From Bacteroidales bacterium (GTDB lineage: Bacteria > Bacteroidota > Bacteroidia > Bacteroidales > WCHB1-69), in NCBI GenBank assembly GCA_024400635.1, contig JAKSMI010000002.1, forward strand, positions 120,305-184,304: a stretch of 64,000 nucleotides of DNA, written 5' to 3'. The notes under the pieces are model-generated. The model saw only the letters and a program-made list of their open reading frames with translations. It had not been told where the DNA came from and ran no database searches. Position 1 is the first letter of the stretch. Every line of letters starts with the position of its first letter. Both the position numbers and the translations under genes were made by a program. Of this stretch, positions 17,310 to 28,141 are shown in pieces.

Positions 17310-20201
17310 ATGATGACTTTTCTCGAACTGCTTACAGATAAAATAATTGCTAACAATTCCAATGATTTTAAGGATACGTTGATTGTGCTCCCAAACAAGC
17401 GGGCACGTCGAATGCTCCAGCAGAATCTGTCGGCAAAAATTACTCATCCCTGCTTTTCTCCAACCATCTATTCTATCGACGAACTGCTCAGGAATCTGTC
17501 ACGCTATCGTTTAGGTGATGATATTGAATTGTTAGGTTTGCTGTATCAGGCTTATCAAAATTTGGGAATGGCAAATCAGCAGAATTTAAGCAAGTTTTTT
17601 TCCTGGGGCTTGACTTTCATTCACGATATCAATGAGATTGACATGCAACTGGCCGATGCCAAAGCTGTTTTCGGCAATTTGTCGGATATCAAAGAGCTTG
17701 AAACGGTTTTCGGCAATGAAAATCTAAGTGAAAATCAGAAAAAGTATATTGATTTCTATAGAAAATTGTATCCGCTATATTCGCAATTTAATCAGCTGCT
17801 GAATGAAAAAGAATTGGCATATGAGGGGAAAATATACAAGGATGTGGCGGAACATTTGGTTGATTATGTTGGCAAGTTGAACTATAAACGTTACGTGTTT
17901 GCCGGCTTCCAGACACTATCGCCATCAGAAATCCTTGTGGCAGAATATTTTCACCACGAGCATCAAGCTGAATTTTATTTCGATACGGATAATTTTTACA
18001 AAGATAATTATACCCCTTTTATTCAAAAGCTACGTGATGGACTCAAACTCAGGGATTTTTGTTGGCAGTTTGATGATTTCGCGCAGCAAGAAAAGACGAT
18101 TTCAGTGGTGGGTGCCCCTAAGTCGATGGGACAAATACAATACGCCATCGAGCAATTGGAAAATATTAAATCAAAAGAAGGCTCATTGAATGACACTGTT
18201 TTGGTCTTTTCTGATGAATCTTTGATAACACCTTTCATTCACAGTTATGACTGCTCTCAGGCAAACCTTACGATGGGCTTTCCGCTGATGGCAACACCAG
18301 CTTATGCTTTGCTTTCGATTCTTATCAATGCAAAAAAGAATGCGCAGCGGCTGAATAATGATTCATCAAAAACCGATTTGCCCTACTATCACCGCGACGT
18401 TTTCAGCTTTTTTAGAAATTCTATCGTGAGCAAGCACTTGTTTTTTAGTCCGCAAAACCAATATGTCTTTCTTCAAAATCTGCTTAAGAGCAACAACATT
18501 TTCTTCGATTGCGAACAATTGAAATGCGATTGGGTCGCTTTCCCAGACTTGAATTGCTCACCCATCGATTTTATCAATAGACTTATCGATTTTTTCGAAT
18601 CGCTACTTTCGCATATTTCAAGACAAGATGACGACTTTGACTTCTATTGTATTTCGCTGATAATTGATAAGTTACGTGTTGCATATGGTCAGATTCAGTT
18701 GTTCGACAGCCAATTGTTGGATTTGGATGCGGTGATTTTCATCCTCACTCAGTTGATGCAGGGAATTTCGTTGCCATTAAAAGGTAATGCTGCTGAAGGA
18801 CTTCAGATTATGGGTTTGCTGGAGACGCGCACACTTGATTTCAAAAATGTGATTATCCTTTCCGTCAACGAAGGTGTTTTGCCAACAGGAAGAAGTAGCA
18901 ATTCGCTTCTGCTTTATGAAGTGAAAAGGCACTTTAATCTTCCTACTTACCAAGAGAAGGACAGCGTTTACGGTTATCACTTTTTCCGTTTGCTCCAACG
19001 TGCCCAAAACATACACATTCTTTATGATAATAATTCAAGCACATCGTTGAGCGAGAAAAGTCGCTTCATTTCGCAGCTTGAATTTGAAATCAAGGCAAGA
19101 AATCTTAATAACATTAAATTCAGCGAAAAATGTCTTTCGGGAGTTCTTCCCGAAAATCCAATTTCAAAAATTATTTGTGTCAAAAAAACAGATGAGGTTG
19201 TCAGGACGTTGAAAGAAAAAGAATATTCTTACTCTCATTTGATAGAATATGTCAATTGCCCATTGCAGTTTTATCTTGAACATGTTGCCAATATCAAGCC
19301 CGATACTACAATTTCCGAGGATGTGGAACAGAAAATTGTCGGGAGTGCCGCGCATGACGTCTTATCACACGTTGCAGAGGAAATCATTAAAAATAAAGAT
19401 TTTAATGCCATCATCAATAAAAACTTAAGGGATGAGGTATTGGAACATAACGTCCATGATGCCATGCAGGATGCCATTTTGAAAGATAAAGGGATCGAAA
19501 ATAAGGATGCAGACTACATAAAGATAGATTTTGACCATGGTAAATTGTACTTGGCATCTGTGGTGACAAAGGAAGCTGTGAAATCTTATTTGCAATTGTT
19601 GAAGAAGGATTTGACAGAGCATTTCAAAGATGCTAACAGTTATAAACTCGTCGCTACCGAAAAGAAATTGAAAGCGATTATTGATGTTGGTGGAAACAAA
19701 ATCAAATTGAAAGGCTATGCAGATCGTATTGATTTGAGAAACAATAAAATAGCAATCCTGGACTACAAAACTGGCAAAGTAGATGAAAAAAATTTGAAAT
19801 GTAATGATGATATTTCGGAAATTTTTGTTGATCCGCAGTACAAACAGATGCTACAATTGTTGATGTATGCTTACCTATACGAAAAAAATATTGATGCAAG
19901 TGCCAAAGATTTGCCGAAAAGCGATGAATATGCCTGCGGAATCATCAGTTTCCAAAAAATGTACATGAAGCAGCCTCATGAGATTTACCCGCTTTTCAAA
20001 TATAAGGATTCCGAAGGACAAGAAATACAAACCTCATTGATATCCAAAGAGTTATTATCAATTTTTGAGGAATACCTGCGAGATTTGCTTTCTGATATTT
20101 TCAATGAAGAGAAAGACTTTACCCAGGCGGAAGACCCCGACCGCTGCAAATACTGTGACTACGCAAACATCTGCTGCAAGCAAAATCATTTGGATGAATA
20201 A
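17310..20201 (+). CDS. PD-(D/E)XK nuclease family protein, AddB-like helicase-nuclease subunit
   Basis: 963 aa. The C-terminal nuclease region has GYADRIDL...ILDYKTGK and a terminal Cys cluster (CKYCDYANICC), typical of AddB-type Fe-S nuclease domains. Confidence 0.72.
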   Translation: MMTFLELLTDKIIANNSNDFKDTLIVLPNKRARRMLQQNLSAKITHPCFSPTIYSIDELLRNLSRYRLGDDIELLGLLYQAYQNLGMANQQNLSKFFSWGLTFIHDINEIDMQLADAKAVFGNLSDIKELETVFGNENLSENQKKYIDFYRKLYPLYSQFNQLLNEKELAYEGKIYKDVAEHLVDYVGKLNYKRYVFAGFQTLSPSEILVAEYFHHEHQAEFYFDTDNFYKDNYTPFIQKLRDGLKLRDFCWQFDDFAQQEKTISVVGAPKSMGQIQYAIEQLENIKSKEGSLNDTVLVFSDESLITPFIHSYDCSQANLTMGFPLMATPAYALLSILINAKKNAQRLNNDSSKTDLPYYHRDVFSFFRNSIVSKHLFFSPQNQYVFLQNLLKSNNIFFDCEQLKCDWVAFPDLNCSPIDFINRLIDFFESLLSHISRQDDDFDFYCISLIIDKLRVAYGQIQLFDSQLLDLDAVIFILTQLMQGISLPLKGNAAEGLQIMGLLETRTLDFKNVIILSVNEGVLPTGRSSNSLLLYEVKRHFNLPTYQEKDSVYGYHFFRLLQRAQNIHILYDNNSSTSLSEKSRFISQLEFEIKARNLNNIKFSEKCLSGVLPENPISKIICVKKTDEVVRTLKEKEYSYSHLIEYVNCPLQFYLEHVANIKPDTTISEDVEQKIVGSAAHDVLSHVAEEIIKNKDFNAIINKNLRDEVLEHNVHDAMQDAILKDKGIENKDADYIKIDFDHGKLYLASVVTKEAVKSYLQLLKKDLTEHFKDANSYKLVATEKKLKAIIDVGGNKIKLKGYADRIDLRNNKIAILDYKTGKVDEKNLKCNDDISEIFVDPQYKQMLQLLMYAYLYEKNIDASAKDLPKSDEYACGIISFQKMYMKQPHEIYPLFKYKDSEGQEIQTSLISKELLSIFEEYLRDLLSDIFNEEKDFTQAEDPDRCKYCDYANICCKQNHLDE

Positions 20202-20243
20202 TTTTCATCACTGACCTTTATTATCATCTAAAAAAAAGTTAAA

Positions 20244-20951
20244 ATGAAATCGTTTTTTCGATTCACGTCAGGTGAATGGATTGCGTCTTCCCTGATGTCG
20301 CTGCTCATTTTGGGTGGCATTCTGTATTATTTTCTGTATCACAATTCCGCCTCAGCGAAACCCGATTATTCACAGTACGCCGATATGATTGAGGATTTTG
20401 AAGCTGAACAAGTCCGTTTGGAAGATTCGGTGGTGGAAGCCCGTAAACGGCAGTATTCGTGGAAAAGCAGAAATTTTGCCAGTAATTATCATCGTGTTTC
20501 AGCATTTTCTGGTGATAGTTTAAAGAAAAAAACAAAAAACAGGCAATATGCCATCGAAAAAGTGGAACTAAACACCGCCGATACGACAGACATTTGTAGA
20601 ATTCCACAGTTTGGCAGCAAAAGAGCTGCAAAAATCGTCGAATATCGTGACAAATTGGGTGGTTTTTATTCATTAGAACAGATAAAAGAGATTTATATTT
20701 TGCAAAATGTGAATATGGAATACTTGCAGGAATATTTTTATGTCGATAAAAATAAAATTAAAAAAATACAAATCAACAGTTGTGATTACAAGACTATCGT
20801 ATCTCATCCGTATTTTGACAATTATCTTGCTAAAACGATAATGAGTTACCGCCGAAAAAGCGGAGAAATCAAAGATATGGAACAGTTGCGTGAACTGACG
20901 CATATTTACGCTGAATTGGAAGAAAAACTCCGTTGGTACATTGAATTTTGA
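20244..20951 (+). CDS. ComEA-like helix-hairpin-helix DNA-binding protein
   Basis: N-terminal TM anchor. Two HhH-type segments are present (ELNTADTTDICRIPQFGSKRAAKIVEYRDKLGGF and a second degenerate copy). Confidence 0.72.
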   Translation: MKSFFRFTSGEWIASSLMSLLILGGILYYFLYHNSASAKPDYSQYADMIEDFEAEQVRLEDSVVEARKRQYSWKSRNFASNYHRVSAFSGDSLKKKTKNRQYAIEKVELNTADTTDICRIPQFGSKRAAKIVEYRDKLGGFYSLEQIKEIYILQNVNMEYLQEYFYVDKNKIKKIQINSCDYKTIVSHPYFDNYLAKTIMSYRRKSGEIKDMEQLRELTHIYAELEEKLRWYIEF

Positions 20952-21096
20952 GTTCTGCTCAAAATAATCTTGCCCTTTGAGGTATTGGCGTGCTGTAGGT
21001 TAAAACCATATTTTTACATTATTTTAAGGTAAAATATATTATACTCCCAAAAAAAATTGTAAATTTGCCGTTTTATTATAACAAGTCAATTTTGCA

Positions 21097-22494
21097 ATGA
21101 AAAAACTATTTCTCATCCCTATTTTAGCCCTCGCAGTTGTGGGTTTGTATGCTCAGAATAATGGCGGAATTTCGTCAGAAATGCTTGGTAAAATAAAACA
21201 AGGTTATGTTGATAATGCAGCCAACAAAGCGCTGCGAAATGCTATTGTGGCAAACGATATCAACAAATTGGCTGTCAATGCGGAAAACAGCACCGCTTTC
21301 GATGCACATTTTTCAAACCAGGTCAATTCGAAAGCTGTAACCGACCAAAAATCTTCAGGTCGCTGCTGGATGTTTACGGGTATGAATGTGATGCGCTCCA
21401 AAGCCATCGCAAAGCATAATTTGCCTTCAGATTTCCAATTTTCCCAGGCATATACTTTCTTTTGGGACCAACTGGAAAAATCCAATCTGTTTTTGCAGGC
21501 TATTCTTGATCACCGTGCAAAACCGATGGATGACAAACATGTAGAATGGCTTTTCAAAAACCCCATCGGTGATGGTGGACAGTTTACCGGCGTTGCCGAT
21601 TTGGTGACCAAATATGGTTTGGTGCCTAAAGATGTAATGCCTGAAACTTTCAGTACCAACAGCACTACCCGAATGTCGAACATCCTTTCGCTCAAATTGC
21701 GCGAATATGCTTTGGAGCTGCGCAAAATGGCTAACAATAAAAGCACAACCGAACAAATGTTGCAAGACAGAAAGGTGGAAATGCTGCAGACCATCTACCG
21801 CATCTTGGCAATGACCATCGGCGAACCTCCAACAGAATTTACCTGGACCCAACGTGATGCTTCCGGCAAGGTGGTTTCCACTGAAAAATACACGCCTCAG
21901 TCATTCTTCAAGAAATTTGTGGATGTTGACTTTTCAAAGTATTATATGCTGATGAATGATCCCACCCGTGAATATTATCAGGTTTATGAAATCGAATATG
22001 ACCGTCATGTCTATGATGGTAAGAACTGGGTCTATTTGAATTTGCCGATGGAAGACATCGCTCCCATTGCCATTGCTTCCATCAAGGACAGCACGATGAT
22101 GTATTTTTCTTGCGATGTGGGTAAATTCCTGGACCGCGATAAAGGCTGGCTCGATGTCAACAACTATGATTACGGTTCATTGTTCGGTACGACTTTCAAT
22201 ATGACCAAAAAGGAACGCGTGGCGACTTTCGCCAGCGGTTCGTCTCATGCAATGACGCTTTGCGCCGTTGACTTGGACGACAAAGGTCAGCCAATCAAAT
22301 GGATGGTGGAAAATAGTTGGGGCAGTTCTTACGGCCATAATGGTTTCCTTATCATGACCAACGAGTGGTTCAACGAATATATGTTCCGTGTTGTTGTGGA
22401 AGAAAAGTATATTCCTGCTAAAATATTGAAAATGACCAAGAAGGAACCTATCATGTTGCCACCTTGGGATCCAATGTTTGCTCCAGAAGAATAA
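21097..22494 (+). CDS. pepC: Aminopeptidase C / bleomycin hydrolase (peptidase C1B)
   Basis: Catalytic-Cys motif QKSSGRCWMF, SHAMTL (His) and ENSWG motifs, with a length of 465 aa. Confidence 0.9.
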   Translation: MKKLFLIPILALAVVGLYAQNNGGISSEMLGKIKQGYVDNAANKALRNAIVANDINKLAVNAENSTAFDAHFSNQVNSKAVTDQKSSGRCWMFTGMNVMRSKAIAKHNLPSDFQFSQAYTFFWDQLEKSNLFLQAILDHRAKPMDDKHVEWLFKNPIGDGGQFTGVADLVTKYGLVPKDVMPETFSTNSTTRMSNILSLKLREYALELRKMANNKSTTEQMLQDRKVEMLQTIYRILAMTIGEPPTEFTWTQRDASGKVVSTEKYTPQSFFKKFVDVDFSKYYMLMNDPTREYYQVYEIEYDRHVYDGKNWVYLNLPMEDIAPIAIASIKDSTMMYFSCDVGKFLDRDKGWLDVNNYDYGSLFGTTFNMTKKERVATFASGSSHAMTLCAVDLDDKGQPIKWMVENSWGSSYGHNGFLIMTNEWFNEYMFRVVVEEKYIPAKILKMTKKEPIMLPPWDPMFAPEE

Positions 22495-22519
22495 TGTTGT
22501 TTTGATCAATATCTGAAAA

Positions 22520-23371
22520 ATGAAAAAAATATTTTTTGCATGCCTGTTAGTGATGGCGATGATGATGAATGCCTTTGCCCAGAAATCTGAAATCGGGGCA
22601 TTTGTAGGCACTTCATTTTATATCGGTGACTTGAGCCACTCGACCATTTTTTCGGAATGTGATATTGCAGGTGGCATTGTTTATCGTTACAATTTTACGC
22701 CTCGTTGGGCATTGAAGGCCAACATCATGTTTGCCAAAGTTCACGCTTCTGATGCTAAAAGTAATGGCAAATTTGAAAGAAATCTGAGTTTTAAATCACC
22801 TATTACCGAACTTTCGGTTCAGGCGGAACTCAACTTTTTGAAATTGTATAATCAGAAGGGTTATAATTGTTTTTCTCCTTATATTTTTGCTGGTGTGGCA
22901 GTCTTTTCTTTTAATCCGCAAGCGGAATATAATGGGAAAACCTATGATTTACAGCCACTGGGCACCGAAGGTCAGGGGCTGGTAAAAGGTAAGGAGGGAT
23001 ACCCACTCTGTAGTTTTGCTGTTCCTTTCGGCATAGGCTTGAAAGTCAACATAGGTCGTTATGTGTCCATTGGTGCTGAATGGGGGATGCGTTTTACCTG
23101 TACCGACTATCTTGACGATATCAGTACCGTCTATTATGACAACGATGATTTGCGCTATCGCCGTGGTGATATTATGGCCGATTTAGCCGACCGTTCGCCC
23201 GAAATCGGTGGTCCGCTTCACGAAGGCGGAAGTCAGCGTGGCAACTTCAATACCACCGACTTTTATTCGTTCTGTGGAGGTACCATTACTTTCAAAATCG
23301 GCAACGAAGATCGTATTTGCGATATTAAACATAAACTGAGTTCACGTCATAAACTGGGAAGAAAAAGATAG
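22520..23371 (+). CDS. Outer-membrane beta-barrel protein (DUF6089-like)
   Basis: Signal peptide and a beta-strand-rich sequence. As I recall, this family characteristically sits just upstream of uppS in Bacteroidota. Confidence 0.6.
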   Translation: MKKIFFACLLVMAMMMNAFAQKSEIGAFVGTSFYIGDLSHSTIFSECDIAGGIVYRYNFTPRWALKANIMFAKVHASDAKSNGKFERNLSFKSPITELSVQAELNFLKLYNQKGYNCFSPYIFAGVAVFSFNPQAEYNGKTYDLQPLGTEGQGLVKGKEGYPLCSFAVPFGIGLKVNIGRYVSIGAEWGMRFTCTDYLDDISTVYYDNDDLRYRRGDIMADLADRSPEIGGPLHEGGSQRGNFNTTDFYSFCGGTITFKIGNEDRICDIKHKLSSRHKLGRKR

Positions 23372-23377
23372 TTCGTC

Positions 23378-24130
23378 ATGTCGGATTTTTTTAATCAGAT
23401 TGATAAAACACGGGTTCCTCAACATATTGCCATTATTATGGATGGCAACGGACGTTGGGCTAAACAACAATCGCAAGAACGTGTTTATGGTCATCAGTTT
23501 GGCGTGGAGGCGGTGCGTCGTGTCATTGAGGCTGCCGCTGAAGTTGGTGTCAAATATTTGACGCTTTATACTTTTTCAACTGAAAATTGGAATCGTCCGA
23601 AAGCTGAAGTTGAGGCTTTGATGGGGCTGTTGGTGAAGGCAGTTCACGATGAATTGGAAAAACTGAAAAAAAACAACGTGCGTCTGAAGGCCATTGGACA
23701 GATATCGGATTTGCCCGATCATTGTCGTGCCGAATTGCAACGTGCTTTGGATGAAACCGCTGAAGATACCGGTTTGACGGTTGTCTTGGCGTTGAGCTAC
23801 GGTAGTCGTCAGGAGATGGTGGAGGTTACGCGTCGTGCTGCGGAAAAGGTGCGGTTGGGCGAATGGCAGCCAGAAGACATTAATGTCCAAAACCTCAGTG
23901 CACTGATGTATGATGGCGAACTTCCCGATCCCGACATTCTTATCCGCACCGGAGGCGAGTGCCGCATCAGCAATTTCCTGCTTTGGCAATTGGCATACAG
24001 CGAACTTTTCTTCTTGCCCGTGATGTGGCCCGATTTCCAGAAACAGGATTTGTGGCAAGTCATTTGCCAATTTCAAAATCGAGAACGCCGTTTTGGTAAA
24101 ACCAGCGAACAAGTTCAAACACATTTATAA
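23378..24130 (+). CDS. uppS: Isoprenyl transferase (undecaprenyl-diphosphate synthase)
   Basis: HIAIIMDGNGRWA and RTGGECRISNFLLWQLAYSELFF motifs. Confidence 0.93.
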   Translation: MSDFFNQIDKTRVPQHIAIIMDGNGRWAKQQSQERVYGHQFGVEAVRRVIEAAAEVGVKYLTLYTFSTENWNRPKAEVEALMGLLVKAVHDELEKLKKNNVRLKAIGQISDLPDHCRAELQRALDETAEDTGLTVVLALSYGSRQEMVEVTRRAAEKVRLGEWQPEDINVQNLSALMYDGELPDPDILIRTGGECRISNFLLWQLAYSELFFLPVMWPDFQKQDLWQVICQFQNRERRFGKTSEQVQTHL

Positions 24131-24140
24131 TTCACCTTTT

Positions 24141-24148
24141 TATCTTTG
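24141..24148 (+). promoter_or_regulatory. Bacteroidota -7 promoter box (TAtcTTTG) upstream of ileS
   Basis: TATCTTTG lies 31 nt upstream of the ileS ATG. Confidence 0.45.
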
Positions 24149-24178
24149 CCAACTATTGTAAAAAAAACATTTTATTCT

Positions 24179-27100
24179 ATGAAATATACTGAATATAAAG
24201 GACTTAATCTTTCTGAAACAGGAAAGGAAATGAAACAATACTGGGAAGAAAACCAGATTTTTGAAAAAACTTTGAAAACCAGCGAAGGTCACCCCGCTTT
24301 CGTTTTTTATGAAGGTCCACCATCTGCCAACGGCAAACCTGGCATTCATCACGTTTTGGCTCGTTCCCTCAAAGATATCGTTTGCCGTTATCAAACCCTT
24401 AAAGGCAAAAGTGTAGGTCGTAAGGGTGGTTGGGATACGCATGGACTTCCTGTTGAACTTGGCGTTGAAAAAACTCTTGGCATCACAAAGGAAGATATTG
24501 GCAAGAAAATTTCTGTCGAAGACTACAATAAAGCTTGTCGTACCGAAGTGATGAAATTTAAGGATATGTGGGACGATATCACCCGCCGTATGGGCTATTG
24601 GGTTGACCTCGAAAATCCATACATTACGTTCGATAATAAGTATATTGAATCTGTATGGTATTTATTATCAGAACTTTATAAAAAAGGATTGTTGTATAAA
24701 GGTTATACGATTCAGCCGTATTCTCCAGCTGCTGGTACTGGTTTAAGTTCTCATGAATTGAATTTGCCCGGCTGCTATCGCGATGTGAAAGATACCACTT
24801 GTGTTGGTCAGTTCCACGTGAAGGCAAGCCAGTTGGGAAAAATTCAGAAATTGTTCCCGAACTTTTCAGAAGATAATCTTGACAATTTCTATTTCATCGC
24901 TTGGACGACTACACCTTGGACTTTGCCATCCAATACTGCTTTGGCCGTTGGGCCCAAGATCGATTACGTTTTGGTAAAATCTTTCAATGCTTATTCAGGA
25001 AATCCTATTTATGTGGTTTTGGCAAAGAAATTGCTCAATGCTCATTTCCCTGAAAAGAATGCTGAATTGTCGTTCGAAGATTATAAACCAGGCGACAAGA
25101 ACATCCCGTTTGCTGTTTTGGGCGAAGTTAAAGGAACAGATTTGGTTGGTATTGAATACGAGCAACTGATTCCTTATGTCAATCCTGGAGAAAATGCTTT
25201 CCGCGTTATCCCCGGCGATTACGTTACCACAGAAGACGGTACGGGTATCGTTCATATTGCTCCAACTTTCGGCGCCGATGATAAACGTGTAGCCGCGGAT
25301 GCGGGCATTGATGGTCTCATGGTCATCGACAGGGCCGGTGTTGCTCAGCCAATGGTTGACAAGACTGGTAAGTTCTTCAAAATCGAAGATTTGGATGAGG
25401 AATTTGTCAAGAAATCCGTCAATGTTGAGCTTTATCAAACTGTGGCGGGTCGCTATGTAAAATCCGATTACGAAAAGCCAGAAGAAAAACATGATGAATC
25501 GTTGGATATCTTCATTTGCTTGTGGTTGAAATCTCAGAATAAGGTTTTCAAAATCGAAAAACATGTTCACAATTATCCTCACTGCTGGCGTACCGATAAG
25601 CCCGTTTTGTACTATCCTTTGGATTCTTGGTTTATTAGAACAACAGCATACAAGGATAGAATGATAGAACTTAACAAGACCATTAACTGGAAGCCTGAAG
25701 CCACTGGTTTGGGTCGTTTCGGTAACTGGCTGGAAAACCTGGTAGACTGGAACTTGTCTCGTTCTCGTTTTTGGGGAACCCCACTTCCCATTTGGGTAAC
25801 CGAAGATAGAAAGGAACAAATCTGTATTGGTTCTATTGAACAGTTGGTTAAGGAAATTGACAAAGCTGTTGCCGCAGGCCTGATGAAAGATAATCCTTAC
25901 AAGGATTTTATTCCTGGCGATTTCAGCAAAGAAAATTACGATAAAATTGATTTGCATCGTCCCTACGTGGATGAGATTTTCCTGGTATCGCCGAGTGGCC
26001 AGAAGATGACGCGCGAACCCGACCTTATTGATGTTTGGTTCGACTCAGGTGCAATGCCTTATTGCCAATTGCACTACCCGTTTGAAAATAAGGAAATCTT
26101 TGAAAAGCGTTTCCCTGCTGATTTCATTGCGGAAGGCGTTGACCAGACTCGTGGCTGGTTTTTCACTTTGCACGCCATTGCTACGATGTTGTTCGATTCT
26201 GTAGCATACAAGGCGGTTGTTTCCAATGGTTTGGTACTTGACAAGCAAGGCAATAAGATGTCAAAACGTCTTGGCAATGCTGTTGACCCATTTGAAACCA
26301 TCGAAAAATACGGTGCTGATGCAACCCGCTGGTATATGATTACCAATGCACAGCCTTGGGACAACCTTAAATTCGATCCGGAAGGCATTGCTGAGGTTCA
26401 GCGCAAGTTCTTTGGCACATTGTATAATACTTATAATTTCTTCGCAATGTATGCCAACATAGACGGTTTTGACTATAAGGAGGCTGACATTCCTAATGCG
26501 GAACGCCCTGAAATCGACCGTTGGATTTTGTCTGAACTTAATACCTTGGTAAAACATTGTGACGAATATTATAGCGAATACGAACCGACTAAGGCAGGTC
26601 GTGAAATCCAGGATTTCGTAAACGAATACCTCAGCAACTGGTATGTTCGCCTCTGCCGTCGCCGTTTCTGGAAGGGTGAAGGGAAAGATAAGATTTCCGC
26701 GTACCAGACACTGTATACCTGTATGGAAACTATTGCAAAAATCGCTTCCCCAATTGCTCCATTCTTTATGGATAAACTCTTCTTGGATTTGAATAATATC
26801 ACTCATCGTGAAGATGTGATTTCGGTTCATCTTTCAACCTATCCAAAGGTTCATGAAGAACTGATTGACAATGAATTGGAAGAACGTATGCGTATGGCTC
26901 AGCAGATTTGCTCAATGGTTTTGTCATTGCGTAAGAAATCGAATCTGCGTGTTCGTCAGCCGTTGGCAAAAATTATGATTCCTGTTACTGAATCTTCAAA
27001 TTTGAAAGAACAGATTGAAAAAGTTCAGAATCTGATTTTGCATGAAGTGAATGTCAAGGGCATTGAATTCGTTAGCGATGAGGCAGGTGTCTTTGTAAAG

Positions 27101-27619
27101 AGAATCAAGCCTGATTTCAAAAAACTGGGTCCCAAGTGCGGTAAAATCATGAAGCAGGTGGCTGCGGCAATTACGGCTTTCAGTCAAGAAGAAATTCGTG
27201 CCATTGAAAAGAATGGCAATGCTTCGTTAAATATTGATGGTCTGGAAGTTGTTATTGATGTTGCCGATGTTGAAATCGTGGCAGAAGATATTCCGGGTTG
27301 GGTTGTTGCCAATCAGGATACACTTACCGTGGCGTTGGATATCGAACTCAATGAAGAATTGCTCAATGAGGGTTATGCTCGCGAATTCGTTAATCGAATT
27401 CAGAACTATCGTAAAGACTCGAATATGGATGTTTCTGACCGCATTTCCATCGAATTGGGAAGCAATGCTCAGTTGGATAAGGCATTTACTGATTTTGCTA
27501 ATTATATTCAGACAGAAACCTTATGTACACATTTTGAAATCAAGCCACAGGTTGATGGTGAAGAATTCGAAATCGCCGAAGGCTTAAATGTGAAAGCAAA
27601 AATTGAAGTGGTAAAATAG
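24179..27619 (+). CDS. ileS: Isoleucine--tRNA ligase (type 2)
   Basis: HIGH-type motif (PPSANGKPGIHH), KMSKS motif (GNKMSKRLGN) and the editing domain. I start at the ATG at 24179 (MKYTEYKGLNLS...) rather than the TTG at 24146. Confidence 0.95.
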   Translation: MKYTEYKGLNLSETGKEMKQYWEENQIFEKTLKTSEGHPAFVFYEGPPSANGKPGIHHVLARSLKDIVCRYQTLKGKSVGRKGGWDTHGLPVELGVEKTLGITKEDIGKKISVEDYNKACRTEVMKFKDMWDDITRRMGYWVDLENPYITFDNKYIESVWYLLSELYKKGLLYKGYTIQPYSPAAGTGLSSHELNLPGCYRDVKDTTCVGQFHVKASQLGKIQKLFPNFSEDNLDNFYFIAWTTTPWTLPSNTALAVGPKIDYVLVKSFNAYSGNPIYVVLAKKLLNAHFPEKNAELSFEDYKPGDKNIPFAVLGEVKGTDLVGIEYEQLIPYVNPGENAFRVIPGDYVTTEDGTGIVHIAPTFGADDKRVAADAGIDGLMVIDRAGVAQPMVDKTGKFFKIEDLDEEFVKKSVNVELYQTVAGRYVKSDYEKPEEKHDESLDIFICLWLKSQNKVFKIEKHVHNYPHCWRTDKPVLYYPLDSWFIRTTAYKDRMIELNKTINWKPEATGLGRFGNWLENLVDWNLSRSRFWGTPLPIWVTEDRKEQICIGSIEQLVKEIDKAVAAGLMKDNPYKDFIPGDFSKENYDKIDLHRPYVDEIFLVSPSGQKMTREPDLIDVWFDSGAMPYCQLHYPFENKEIFEKRFPADFIAEGVDQTRGWFFTLHAIATMLFDSVAYKAVVSNGLVLDKQGNKMSKRLGNAVDPFETIEKYGADATRWYMITNAQPWDNLKFDPEGIAEVQRKFFGTLYNTYNFFAMYANIDGFDYKEADIPNAERPEIDRWILSELNTLVKHCDEYYSEYEPTKAGREIQDFVNEYLSNWYVRLCRRRFWKGEGKDKISAYQTLYTCMETIAKIASPIAPFFMDKLFLDLNNITHREDVISVHLSTYPKVHEELIDNELEERMRMAQQICSMVLSLRKKSNLRVRQPLAKIMIPVTESSNLKEQIEKVQNLILHEVNVKGIEFVSDEAGVFVKRIKPDFKKLGPKCGKIMKQVAAAITAFSQEEIRAIEKNGNASLNIDGLEVVIDVADVEIVAEDIPGWVVANQDTLTVALDIELNEELLNEGYAREFVNRIQNYRKDSNMDVSDRISIELGSNAQLDKAFTDFANYIQTETLCTHFEIKPQVDGEEFEIAEGLNVKAKIEVVK

Positions 27620-27640
27620 GGGAATTGAATATGTTTTCAA

Positions 27641-27669
27641 AAAGGGAAGGCAAAAGCCTTCCCTTTTTA
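27641..27669. terminator. Bidirectional rho-independent terminator between ileS and the convergent repeat-protein gene
   Basis: AGGGAAGGC-aaaa-GCCTTCCCT is a 9-bp perfect stem flanked by an A-run and a T-run. Confidence 0.75.
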
Positions 27670-27696
27670 ATTATTGAAAACTATGACACAAATTTC

Positions 27697-28119
27697 TTAC
27701 AAAATCAAACACGCGATAACCCACTTTTCGGGCACTCCATCGAAATAATAAACTTTATCGCCCCATTTGTCCTTGATGCGGATGGTATTGCCATCAATGT
27801 AGTAGAGAACCGTACCCCATTGGTCTTTCTGGCGAATCTTATTGCCATCAAAATAAAGGAGTTTTTCTCCCCATTGGTCCTTTAGGCGAACCGTATTCCC
27901 ATCTATATACAAAAGTTTTTCTCCCCACCGGTCTCGGTGCTTGACTGTCGTTCCATCAAAATACACCAGCTTTTCACCCCATTGGTCTTTTATTTTCAAA
28001 GTGTGTTTGTCAACATAATAGAGTTTCGCACCCCATTGGTCTTTTTGACGGATTGTGGTTTGTGACATCATATTAAAAAATGTTAAGATGAGGACTACGG
28101 AAAATAAAGCTTTTTTCAT
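27697..28119 (-). CDS. Secreted protein made of six tandem 18-aa repeats (consensus KDQWGEKLLYFDGNT(V/I)R(L/I))
   Basis: A signal peptide is followed by six consecutive units, each containing (K/R)D(Q/R/K)WG..(L/V)(Y/L)Y(F/V/I)DG. The DNA shows the matching 54-nt periodicity. Confidence 0.7.
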   Translation of the reverse strand: MKKALFSVVLILTFFNMMSQTTIRQKDQWGAKLYYVDKHTLKIKDQWGEKLVYFDGTTVKHRDRWGEKLLYIDGNTVRLKDQWGEKLLYFDGNKIRQKDQWGTVLYYIDGNTIRIKDKWGDKVYYFDGVPEKWVIACLIL

Positions 28120-28141
28120 GGTTAATCTGTATAATATTGTT

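Noticed and set aside
24995-25957. 320-aa minus-strand ORF
   Set aside because: It lies entirely antisense within ileS. It is a long shadow ORF with low-complexity, non-protein-like composition.
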